A stretch of DNA of 64,000 nt from Tubulanus polymorphus (taxonomy: Eukaryota; Animalia; Nemertea), in NCBI RefSeq assembly GCF_964204645.1, contig NC_134027.1, forward strand, positions 25,630,560 to 25,694,559, read 5' to 3'. The notes beneath the pieces were generated by a model. The model searched no databases. It saw only the letters and a list, made by a program, of their open reading frames with translations, and was not told where the DNA came from. Positions 12,846 to 24,173 of this stretch are shown here, one piece after another. A program made the translations under genes and the position numbers. Position 1 is the stretch's first letter; every line of letters begins with the position of its first letter.

Positions 12846-13059
12846 AGTAACGTTCTAAATGTATGTTAAAAATAGAAATGATACTCAGTTTTGATTCAAT
12901 GCGGGATTAACAACGTGATAAGGTACTCGGTTAAAAAATCTTGACAGAATTTGTAGCTGTAGCTCATCATATTTCATTCAGGTCAAACCCCCTGTCATCA
13001 TCAATATTAGATAAATCATTTTTTCTAATACTTACGTAAAGATAAAAATATCGTACGAT

Positions 13060-13880
13060 CCTAGAACCTCGAGATTATCATAAGATTGAGCACATTTATA
13101 TTATCACGAAACCAAGAACCTCTAGATTATCACGAGATCGAGAACCTCTAGATTATCATGAGATCTAGAACCTAAAGATTATCATGAGATCTAGAACCTC
13201 TAGATTATCATGAGATCTAGAGCCTCTAGATTATCACGAGATCAAGAACCTAAAGATTATCATGAGATCTAGGACCTTTAGATTATCACGAGATCAAGAA
13301 CCTCTAGATTATCATGAGATCTAGGACCTTTAGATTATCATGAGATCTAGAACCTAAAGATTATCACGAGATCAAGAACCTAAAGATTATCACGAGATCT
13401 AGGACCTTTAGATTATCACGAGATCAAGAACCTCTAGATTATCATGAGATCTAGAACCTAAAGATTATCACGAGATCAAGAACCTAAAGATTATCACGAG
13501 ATCTAGGACCTTTAGATTATCACGAGATCAAGAACCTCTAGATTATCACGAGATCTAGAACCTAAAGATTATCACGAGATCAAGAACCTAAAGATTATCA
13601 CGAGATCAAGAACCTAAAGATTATCACGAGATCTAGGACCTTTAGATTATCACGAGATCAAGAACCTCTAGATTATCACGATATCAAGAACCTTTAGATT
13701 ATCACGAGATCAAGAACCTCTAGATTATCACGAGATCAAGGACCTCTAGATTATCACGAGATCAAGAACCTCTAGATTATCACGAAACCAAGAACCTCTA
13801 GATTATCACGAGAATGAGCACATAGAGATTATCATGAGATCTAGATCTCGAGATAACCACGAGATCTGAACCTCTAGATT
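13060..13880. repeat. 26-bp minisatellite
   Basis: agaacctctagattatcacgagatca, ~30 copies. Confidence 0.95.
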
Positions 13881-15282
13881 GAGAACCTTCAGACTGTGAG
13901 TATTCTTAAGATTATCGCGAAGAAACTTGATGTTATCACAAAATTGAGAACGTGGAAATGAACTGACGATCGTGAATCTCGAGATTATCGCGACGGACGT
14001 TGACAGAATCTCGAGATTTCTACTTATAGAACAGAACGAACCGGTCGCCACGACGACGACGGTTATATCGCGGCATGGCCGCCGCCGACGACGACTTCTC
14101 TTCGTTAAAGATTCGAAAATATACACGAGTTGCCATGGCGACACGTTTGTCGTGATGAGCTGTTAGATTTCTGGTGTTGTGAACCGGAGTGAGTGTGTGG
14201 TGGCGTTTCTCAAATGATCCTAGCTAGTGCTGCTACTGCTGCTGCTGCTTCAATGTTTCATATATGAATCAAATATCTGCATTCCGGACTTGATTTACCA
14301 TTGCAGCGGCTAGCGGTGGACGAGCATCGTGAATATTCATTAACAACCCGGATTAACGAAATTATATTTATTTGTATCGACTATTTTCGTCGCGCGGTTC
14401 ATGTTCTCGTATGGTGGCTGTTACTCGTCGGGGAATATTAATGATATCAAACACTGAAGGTATGTGTAGCTCGTCAACGAGGAAGTCAATTTTACTTCGG
14501 ACTTTTTGTTTATCGTTGTTGCTGCGTTGATTCAATAAAAGGTGGAATATCGAAATCAGTTAATCAAGATAAGATAAGAATTATGTCGTTTCATGAAGGC
14601 CAGCGTTTCTGACACCGACTTTCAAACTTTCGGTTTATCATTTTCGCCGATTTAATTCGACGGAAAAGATACAGATTATTGAGATGACATGATAGGAATG
14701 AGATATCGTAAGTGATAGGAATATGATTTAGGTATAATATGTATGTAGCCAGTTTTTCTGATTTTAAAAGGCGTCGATATAACTTTAAACTTTTGTTTTA
14801 TCATTTTCATTCGATAAAGAAGATAAGGATAATATAGAAAAGATAATTTAAGATAATGGTTTATTTTTGGTAATAGGTATATAGCTGATGAGGGCCAGTT
14901 TTTTAGACACTGTTTTTAGCTGTTACGTGACAAACTTTTGGTTCATGATTTCATGCTTTATTTCAACAAGGGGCTTATACTAGCAAGATAAGGATAATTG
15001 AGATAAGATAATTAAGGTGATAAAGATAACATTATAGTGGGATAACTTTTGATGATATGGGCAAGTCTTATGAACCAGTTGGGGTTTTACTTTACGGGAG
15101 AGCGGGGCTAGTTAAAAGAAATGCTACAACTTGAATTTCCTGAGAATTGATATTCCACACACGCAAAATTGCCTGTTTTTGTGAAAAAAATGACTTAACA
15201 TAAGAATGTGGAATTTTTTGAAAATGGCTCATAGCAATCGAGTCGAAACAGTTCTCCTTTTTATGGGAATTTTAGCTACCTG

Positions 15283-15390
15283 GGTCCAGTTCCACAGTTG
15301 TGAGTTAGAGTAAAATCTGAGTTAAAATCAATTCATTTTCAATGAGTTAACTCTGAGTCAAATGTTAACTCACAACTGTGGAACTGGGTC
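15283..15390. mobile_element. 108-bp hairpin MITE family A; other copies near 4594-4705, 24427-24528 and 55330-55450
   Basis: Left ggtccagttccacagttgtgagtta; right taactcacaactgtggaactgggtc; CTG on both sides. Confidence 0.85.
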
Positions 15391-15789
15391 CTGATTAATA
15401 TTTTTTTTCTCGTCGGAGTTGTGGACTTGACATATTCGATCGGTATTATACGCATGGCTGGAATCGCGATTAGTTATATAATGAGGATTTGAAACTTTTG
15501 AGTAAAAAATGAAGCGTTGTTGTTTTGAATATAGTCGATGACTCGTAAAACCGTTAGTCTGAAGAGACGGCTATTATTTCTATCCTATGGGTATTGTGTG
15601 ACAGTATGGTCTCGGCGATCGGTGGAAATCATTTTATAGCGCAGAGCGAAAAAAAAAACAGATCGCAGACAGACGGTCGATAGGGCTTTCACGCGACAAT
15701 GAGTTTATCGAAATTTTTCGAAATAAAAGCCCGTTCGATATTTTATTGACGGGAGATAGTCGGGAAAAATTTTGAAATATCGTGATTAA

Positions 15790-16242
15790 CCCTTTCCTGC
15801 CGTAGAGAAATCCGTTATTTCTGTCTGATACAGCAGTAACGACGGTATCGTATTTTCCAAAAAACTCCTGGGCCCGGTTTTATCGACTGGTGTTACCTTT
15901 AACGCGGGGGTTAACTCAATTGATAATGAATTGAGTTAGCCCTCGGGTTAAAGCTAATACCAGTCTGTAAAACCGGGCACTGGAACTTTTCACGCAGTTA
16001 CGTGCTGCCCTCTACTTGCTAACCTGTAAGTGGTATTCCGGTCAAAGATTGCAATTTCATCAAAGTATTCAACTGATGATTTAATGATAAAAATTAGCTA
16101 ACCATAACGCTATTCGTTGATAACACTAGCGCCAAATTATGGTGGAAAGGTTACCTAAACTGCAGTTAGTCCAAAAGCGGCTTCCAAGATATCCAAATAT
16201 GGTCCCCAGTCGCGTAGAAAAACTCGGTCAGTCAGCAAAGGG
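15790..16242. mobile_element. piggyBac-like non-autonomous element
   Basis: TTAA|ccctttcctgcc ... gtcagcaaaggg|TTAA. Confidence 0.6.
15871..15979. mobile_element. 109-bp almost fully palindromic MITE nested in the piggyBac-like element
   Basis: Arms ggcccggttttatcgactggtgtta...aactcaatt and aattgagtt...taataccagtctgtaaaaccgggca; CTG on both sides. Confidence 0.85.
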
Positions 16243-16706
16243 TTAAGAAGTTGCTTTTTCGAGTTTTTGCTTGGAACTGTTTTGCAATTTGTAATGTAGG
16301 TTCATTGTGTTCAGTTTATTTATAGTTAATGTCAAAGGTTGGATCAGTAAGTGTTCATTATTTGATTATATGTCAAAGTTTGTCGTTAATTGTTCGGCTG
16401 TCGTTGGAATTCATCGAATCGGTTAAAGTGAAAACACGAACCACGGTTTATCAAACGCGCACAATGACGATCGTGCAGATGTTGCCGGATTCGGATTGAT
16501 CTGCGATTCATTTCGTCGAATTCGAGAAATTACAGATAAATTAGAACATATCTATGTTAATTAAATCCAGCATTAGTGTGTCCTACTGCACGCTGTCGCC
16601 ACCTGCTGGGTGGGAAAACTCAAGGAATCGGAAAAATCATGAAAAATCTGGGAATTTGACAAGTTTTACAAAACTCCAGGAAAACTCGGGGAATTCAGAT
16701 TATTCC

Positions 16707-17036
16707 CGTAGTTCCCACAGAACAGGGAAATTGGGAAAAACTTGGGAATTTTGAGATAATAATTCCCGGTTTAGAAATATTTGGGAATTTGAAAAATTGT
16801 CCTCAAATCAGGGAAATATTTGGGAAATTCATTACATTTCACATATCGCATTTGCCGAGGGCAACTTTTCTCGGCGATTTCTCTTGAAAATTACCTTTAT
16901 CAACCAGTCACCGCTAAAATGTTGATTGTAGCATGACGATATGTGTTCATTTGCATTTGGGAAAATTGAAAAATCACCCATGAAATACGTGGGAAAAACT
17001 TGGGAATTTTCAATTCATTTATCTGTGGGAACAATG
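16707..17036. mobile_element. Non-autonomous TIR element with gggaaa/gggaattt subterminal repeats
   Basis: Left cgtagttcccacaga; right tctgtgggaacaatg; flanked by direct TATTCC. Similar fragments near 32418, 41320 and 61137. Confidence 0.65.
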
Positions 17037-17478
17037 TATTCCACGAGTTTCTATATCAATACGCGATTCATAACAAAATGAGTGAATTGTAAAATTTTGA
17101 GCCTTGAAATTCTTCGGATTCACTCGCAATTTAAAAAATCAAGGGATTCTCAGGGGATTTGTAAATTGGTGGAAAGTGGCCGTCACCCCTGTGAACCGGT
17201 TGATCCTCGATTGCCACAGTCGATCAGAGCTGCCAACTGCTCGCGATTTTCAGAATTCGTCCCTATTTCATAACGATAAAAACCGATTTGATAGTCTGCG
17301 CGTGATCGCAGGTATAGCGTACTAGAGTGCGAGGGTAAGAGTTATAGGGTATGAATAAGTAAGAATTTAAGGAATTAATGCAGATAGGTTTACTATATAA
17401 ACGAATAGACATAAACGATGTATATACGTAGCTAAATAGAGTGGTATGTATTGGTATTATATGTGTGTTGAGGTACCC

Positions 17479-17998
17479 GGGTATTAGACAGAGTGGTATG
17501 TATTTGTGTTGGTACGTGGTTCAGGTACCCGGGTATTAGACAGAGTGGTATGTATTTGTGTTGGTACGTGGTTCAGGTACCCTGGTATTAGACAGAGTGG
17601 TATGTATTTGTGTTGGTACGTGGTTCAGGTACCCTGGTACTAGACAGAGTGGTATGTATTTGTGTTGGTACGTGGTTCAGGTACCCGGGTACTAGACAGA
17701 GCGGTATGTATTTGTGTTGGTACGTGGTTCAGGTACCCTGGTACTAGACAGAGTGGTATGTATTTGTGTTGGTACGTGGTTCAGGTACCCTGGTACTAGA
17801 CAGAGTGGTATGTATTTGTGTTGGTACGTGGTTCAGGTACCCGGGTACTAGACAGAGTGGTATGTATTTGTGTTGGTACGTGGTTCAGGTACCCGGGTAC
17901 TAGACAGAGCGGTATGTATTTGTGTTGGTACGTGGTTCAGGTACCCTGGTATTAGACAGAGTGGTATGTATTTGTGTTGGTACGTGGTTCAGGTACCC
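17479..17998. repeat. 52-bp minisatellite, 10 copies
   Basis: gggtattagacagagtggtatgtatttgtgttggtacgtggttcaggtaccc. Confidence 0.95.
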
Positions 17999-18376
17999 AC
18001 ATTCTCTCTACTGTTATAAATATTATGTATGTAGTATTGTGTATGTAATATGAGAAGCCCTGTTCTCTCTCCCTCTCTCCCTCTCTCTCTGTTCTCACGG
18101 AGAAAGTTATCCCAGGAATCCTCTGTTTTCTGACGTGTTTCGTCAACACTTCTCTTTCATTCTCGCGAGGAGAGAGTTTTTACCGAACGAACAATGCCCT
18201 GTGTATCTTTACGTTACTGATGTTGTCTTGGATTTATTGAATTCCTGATTTACCCTCGGTTTTTTCGTACCCCTTCTCATCTGCCGGTTCTGATGGTATA
18301 TGAATTTTTCTTGTGGATTATGAATATCGGATTGATCATTGACTGCTGGAGCCATTGGTGAACTGATTGTCTGCTG

Positions 18377-18529
18377 GGGCCGGTTGCATAATCACGGCTT
18401 AGACTCAAGACCTGTCTAAGACCATCTTAGTTGCATAGCCAATCTAACAACTTAAGACCAGTCTTAAATCATAAGTCTTAAGATTTTAGACAAACATATA
18501 GACTTCAGTCATAACTATGCAACCAGCTC
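18377..18529. mobile_element. MITE family B, single-core copy
   Basis: Left gggccggttgcata; right tatgcaaccagctc; core tagccaatctaacaacttaagaccagtc. Confidence 0.75.
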
Positions 18530-20789
18530 CTTGAGCCAATCAGTAAACTAATGGTTACTGGAGTCATTGGAAATCTGATTGTCTGCTGGAGTCATCAGTA
18601 AACTGATCAATTACTGGAGTCACTGGTGATTGCTAGAGTCATATAAGTAAGCTTTGAATGTTTAGATATCCGAAATGTCTACAAATTCGCCCTCTGTGAG
18701 CAGTTAATCGAACTAGACGGAAGTGTTACTATATCATTGAATTTTTGATATGATAGTGTGTTACACTGACACCAGGGGACTCTTCAATTCGAATTACCAA
18801 ATTTGGCTCATTCCCTAGTGTAATTTGCATCAGGAAATAGCGGTAGGTGGAAGTCGGATAGAATATTGTTCTATGTTTCTGTCGATTTGGTGAAAGGTTA
18901 CAGTTTGAGTGACACGAGGGTCTGCTCCGATCGCGTTTAGGATTCGTTACAACTGAACCGTGTATGAAGTATTGATGTATGGAGCGAAATCTCGTGTTAA
19001 TGCTGATCTAATTATGTTGTTAGCGTCGCTGATGTAAGGATTGTCCGCACTTTGCTAAATCTGTCATCGGCAATTCTTGTCAAGCGAGCTGACCCTTTTC
19101 GTATCGGTATCAAAGATGCGGAGAGATGTAGAGACATCCGACCGGTCTCTCTGATTCTTCTCTCTATCTCCGCTCTCTTCTTTCTTCTCCCCTTCTCTTC
19201 TCTCACCCTCTCTCAGCCTGAGAATAGGTCTTGTTTTTAATTCCACTCTAGAAGCTCACACGCTAACCCGCGGGTGCCGCGTATGTCAGAGTGAGGGTTT
19301 GCACGAATTCCTTTCAAGTAGTAAAAGTGTTGCTGTAGATGAGTTGATCAATGACTCTGGCTGTCGTGACTTCCTGCTCAGTGATTGAGAGGGATCAGTT
19401 TAAATAGGTTCACAGAGTTCATAGAACATACATCAGACACCCTTTACACAGGCATGACTTAGATTAAGATCGGTCTAAGCTCATCTTAAGACTCAACCTT
19501 ATTCCTTAACCTGTGCACGTTTCCGAAATCTGCAGAGTGGGCGCTGACATGAATCAGAAAAATCTAGAAAAGAATTAGGGAAAACTCGGGAAATTTATAA
19601 ATTAGCGGATAGTCGCACCACCCTGAGCTGGTTTCCAAAGTTTTTGAAATCTTGAGTTGTGAAAATAGGTTGAGTTGAATTACTTCATTCTGAGATCTTC
19701 TCCCTCTCTCCTCTAACTCTCCTTTCCTCGCTGCTCTTCCCCTCTTTCTGCCCGTCGATGTTGGATTCGAGTTTCTGTTACCATGGTAACAATGTGATTT
19801 GTAGCGTTGTCGTTGGTTCGGTATTAAAACGTGCTTTCATTAATATCCCCAAATACAGTTACAGCGTTTATGCGACTGTTTCTAAACGAACTAAAACATC
19901 TCTCTCTCTCTCTCTCTCTCTCTCTAATCGGATATTATTACCTAAATTCATTTTTATTGCCGATAAGAAGAAATGATAGTTGGAAAAGTTTCGACAATGG
20001 AACAAATGCGTTAATGTTTTTGCTTTGGCCATGTGCATTCGGTGGAACTCGCAAAAACGAAAATGACTCCTAGAATAGGATCTGGCACCATTGACACGGG
20101 AAACCTAAAAACTTGTAAATCTGACTCCTAAAAGAAAAACAAATTCATCCAAAAACCCGGAAATCTCGGGGAATTCGGATGATGCTATTGACCACACGTA
20201 TCTTTATCAATACATGATTCAATGATAAATGATTGAATTGACCAAAAAATATCTCCATTCACCTTCGACAGACTCATTCGGACAATTTTGAGTCATAACA
20301 CGGAGAAATTCCTGTGGGAAAATGCGGGAAGACTGAAGGGAATTAGGTAATTGATGGAAAGTAGAAGTCAGTGATTTCTCGGCGTTCGTTGAAATTCCAG
20401 TCAGCCGTGTGTATGTTGATGTATCTGTTTGGGAAGCGTCCAGATGTCTATGACTTGTTTAAGAGTATGTGAGTTTATCGTAGCGTGAACTCCTGCGACG
20501 ACGACGCCGACGACGACGCCGACGACTACGTGTCAATAAGTTGTTATACCGCGCATCATCGAGTTTTTCGAGAGATTTTTTCGCCGTGTATGTGAGAAAG
20601 TTTCCGATGATTTCGCGTCGTGTCGTCGTACGGTGTCTGAACGTTGTCGCTGGATGATGGTGTGTTGTAGGGTGAAACAATGGGGCTCACATTGTTTTTT
20701 ACCGATAATCGAAACCGTTACCGATACAAAATCAGCGCAGGAATTATAGATTCGTTAATACGAAATACTGTTCAACTGACGGTTGTCCA

Positions 20790-21115
20790 AGATTGCTGTA
20801 TCTGGGACTGACCAGATTATGAGAGAACATCCCAGATTACCGTCAGCCTTACTGTATTTCAGACTGCCCTGATTGCTGTGAGACCATCCAAGATAACCTT
20901 TTTTTCTATGAGCCTCGTATTTGGGACTACCCAAATTACTGAGAGACCATCCCAGATTACTGTCGGCCTTTTTGTATCAGGGACTGCCCTGATTACTGTG
21001 AGACCATACCAGATTACTGTCAGCCTTTCTGTATTTTGGGACTGCCCCGATTACAGAGAGACCATCCAAGATCGTGTCTATCCTAGATTACTACAAACCT
21101 GTCCTGGATTACTGT
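20790..21115. repeat. Degenerate ~60-bp tandem repeat
   Basis: Repeated gggactgccctgattactgtgagaccatcccagattactgtcagcc. Confidence 0.8.
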
Positions 21116-21229
21116 GAAAATGTCACTGCGTATTTCTGTGGCCTTCTCGATTCTCTGCAGGGTTGAGAATATTTGAGATTGTGTCTGAAATAAGATGGTG
21201 TTGTTGAAATAATGGCTCATGTATTGAGC

Positions 21230-21720
21230 TGGTATGTGTGTGCCGCATGGCATGTGTGCGGTTTGCTGGATGGTGTGTGTGCTGGATGGTATGTGTGTGC
21301 TGTGTGCTGGGTGGTATGTGCGCCGTGTGCCGGTTGGTATGCGTGTTGGATGTGTGTGTGCTGGGTGGTGGATGGTGTGTATGCCGTGTGCCGGATTGTG
21401 TGTGCCGTGAGCTGGATGGCGTGTATGCTATGTGCCGGATGGCGTGTATGCCGTGTGCCGGATGGTGTGTGCTGTGTGCTGGGTGGTATGTGCGCCGTGT
21501 GGCGGTTGGTATGCGTGTTGGATGTGTGTGTGCTGGGTGGTGGATGGTGTGTGCCGGATGGTGTGTATGCTGTGTGCCGGATGGTGTGTGTGCTGTGTGC
21601 TGGATGGTGTGTGCTGTGTGCCGGATGGTGTGTATGCTGTGTGCTGGATGGTGTGTGCTGTGTGCCGGATGGTGTGTATGCTGTGTGCCTGAGTGTGCTG
21701 GATGGTACATGCACTGAATG
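21230..21720. repeat. GT-rich degenerate minisatellite
   Basis: gtgtgccggatggtgtgtatgct variants. Confidence 0.9.
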
Positions 21721-22271
21721 GTACATGTACCAGATGGTTCATAGTTTGGTTCATGGTTCGTAGTGGTACTGGGTCGAGAATTAAAATGAGCTTGCATCCG
21801 TCCGCATTCGAATGCTTAATGACAGCTATCTGGGGAACTGTGACTCGAATAATATTATTCTGATTAATTAGTTTCGAGGCTAAAGGCAGATTTCTCTTCT
21901 TTATTTATATCAAAATTTCAGACTGTGTTGATTGGTGTTGACAAGTGATGTGATTAATACATACATAGTCAGAATGTGATGAATATAACATCATTAGAAT
22001 CATCGTCGTGTCTGTAGCAATCAGCATCAATGATTGCCTGCCTGTGTGCCTCCTGTATAGTGCCATCACTGACCATAGCTGACCCTTACTGAACAAAGCT
22101 GATCACCACTGACCACTGGCTACTGCTATTGACATCACTGACCACTGGCTACTGCTGTTGACCAGTTTAGTAATTTCTCAGTATACGTGACTGTACATAC
22201 CGTATGCATATAAATCCCTAAGAGTAGCTGCAGCTGCTGCGTGACATGACTTAAATCAGCTTATTTATTGG

Positions 22272-22762
22272 GAGGACCTGATCAGGAAGGTCCTGCCTCC
22301 CTGACACTGACTGTGGAGGTCCTGCCTCCCTGACACTGACCGTGGAGGTCCTGCCTCCCTGACACTGACCGTGGAGGTCCTGCCTCCCTGACACTGTTCA
22401 GGGAGGTCTTGCCTCCCTGATCAGCGTCAGGGAGGTCCTGCCTCCCTGACACTGACCGTGGAGGTCCTGTCTCCCTGACACTGATCAGGGAGGTCTTGCC
22501 TTCCTGATCAGCGTCAGGGAGGTCCTGCCTCCCTGACACTGATAGTGGAGGTCCTGCCTCCCTGACACTGATCAGGGAGTTCTTGCCTCCCTGACGCTGA
22601 TCAGGGAGTTCTTGCCTCCCTGACGCTGACCGTGGAGGTCCTGCCTCCCTGACACTGACCGTGGAGGTCCTGCCTCCCTGACACTGACCGTGGAGGTCCT
22701 GCCTCCCTGACACTGACCGTGGAGGTCCTGCCTCCCTGACACTGATCAGGGAGGTCCTGCCT
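22272..22762. repeat. 29-30-bp minisatellite
   Basis: ggaggtcctgcctccctgacactgaccgt. Confidence 0.95.
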
Positions 22763-24125
22763 GACCTTATCTGAGAAATATTCGATATGAAATAATCTTA
22801 TATTTCGTGATGAAGACAATATTCCAGTTTTTCTATTATATTGACTCATTTTGTTAATAGCAACTCATTCTAACAATTTATGTGAAATCGACGTAGCCCC
22901 TTCAGGGCACTGTTTATTGTCTCTGTTTTACTATAACCCGGGGGCGACGTATATTTCGTCGAAAGTTTGTCAATCATTTCCATGGTTTCTGATTGTGATT
23001 ATAGTCGTGAGCTTCGAGGTTAAGTATTCGTGAGGTTTGTATAAAAGTAAATCATTTTATTACACGGATACTGGGTTCACTTAGAGTTCACTTAAATCAC
23101 GACTGTGCTGCTTAGTATCGCCTTGGATCTTTAAGACTGATTGGCTCTAGGTCTATGATGGTCTCGGACTGGTCTTAAGTCTAAGCCCTGACAGTTCCCA
23201 CATTGTGAGTTTAATTTTACTAAGTTGCTCTTTTGCTTACTTCCATTGTTAGTTGACTGGTCTGAATCCTGAATCCCTATTGATCTTTCTTATAAACTAT
23301 TTATGAAGAACCGTTAGGATTGAATTTTTAATGTTGGTTTGTGAGTGGATTTTCAATGATATTTCCGATCGTTAAGAGCATAGATGATATAAACCGGCGC
23401 TGATCCCAAGGACAATGCGAGTTTTCTTAAGAGAATTCCATTTAGATATTTCAAATTCTGCACGCGCACGCGTTAAGACATCAACCCCGAGGAGAGAAGA
23501 ATTGAATTCTGTATGCGGTTGTAAGCGATGATGGATATCTTGGTTTCAGGCGTTGTTTAAATGCCACCACTTCCGTACGTGTATAGAGTGTATATGAATC
23601 ATTGAAGCGTGTTGTCTCTCCTCGGAACGGAGCGTAGCGCCAAACGGCTACAGCTCTGTAAATACGAATATGATATGAATGTATCGATGCGGGTTTCGCG
23701 TTACCGGGAAATATTCTTTACCGAAGTAATATGATATTCTACGATCTGTTGGAAAAGAACGCGATACGACGAAATGAAACCGTTCAATCAAAACACTAGC
23801 GACACCTGGTGGTTGCTCACTTGCCAATAGTGGAATCCTCTTGCCATGGTCGATTTCCTACTGCACGCTAGCGCACCTGGTGGATCCTCACATGCCGCAG
23901 GTGGAATCCTCAATTGCGGCATATTTGATATTTTACTGCACACTAGTGACACCTGGTGGATACTCAGTTTGGCTATTAGTAAATAAGATCTGATGAGTTT
24001 ATACCAATATTTGACGGTGATGAGAGACATTTTGACATTCTGTATAGCTAAGCTCTTCAGACTAAGCAAACTCTCGTGATTTGTGCTCCTGTTAATAAAG
24101 CTTTATTTATTTTCCTCTTTTTCAG

Positions 24126-24173
24126 ATCAAGGGACTATAAACATTGACATCTAGATTGGCCTATATGTATATC
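24126..24173 (+). other. Candidate 48-nt non-coding 5'-UTR exon of PMCA
   Basis: Long pyrimidine tract tttattttcctctttttcag and perfect donor ATC|GTAAGT. The ATG-bearing exon has an acceptor, so at least one upstream exon must exist. Confidence 0.55.

Noticed and set aside
21123-21797. Long His/Thr- or Cys/Val-rich ORFs (also 32804-33461)
   Set aside because: Translations of stop-free GT/CA minisatellites, open in several frames on both strands.
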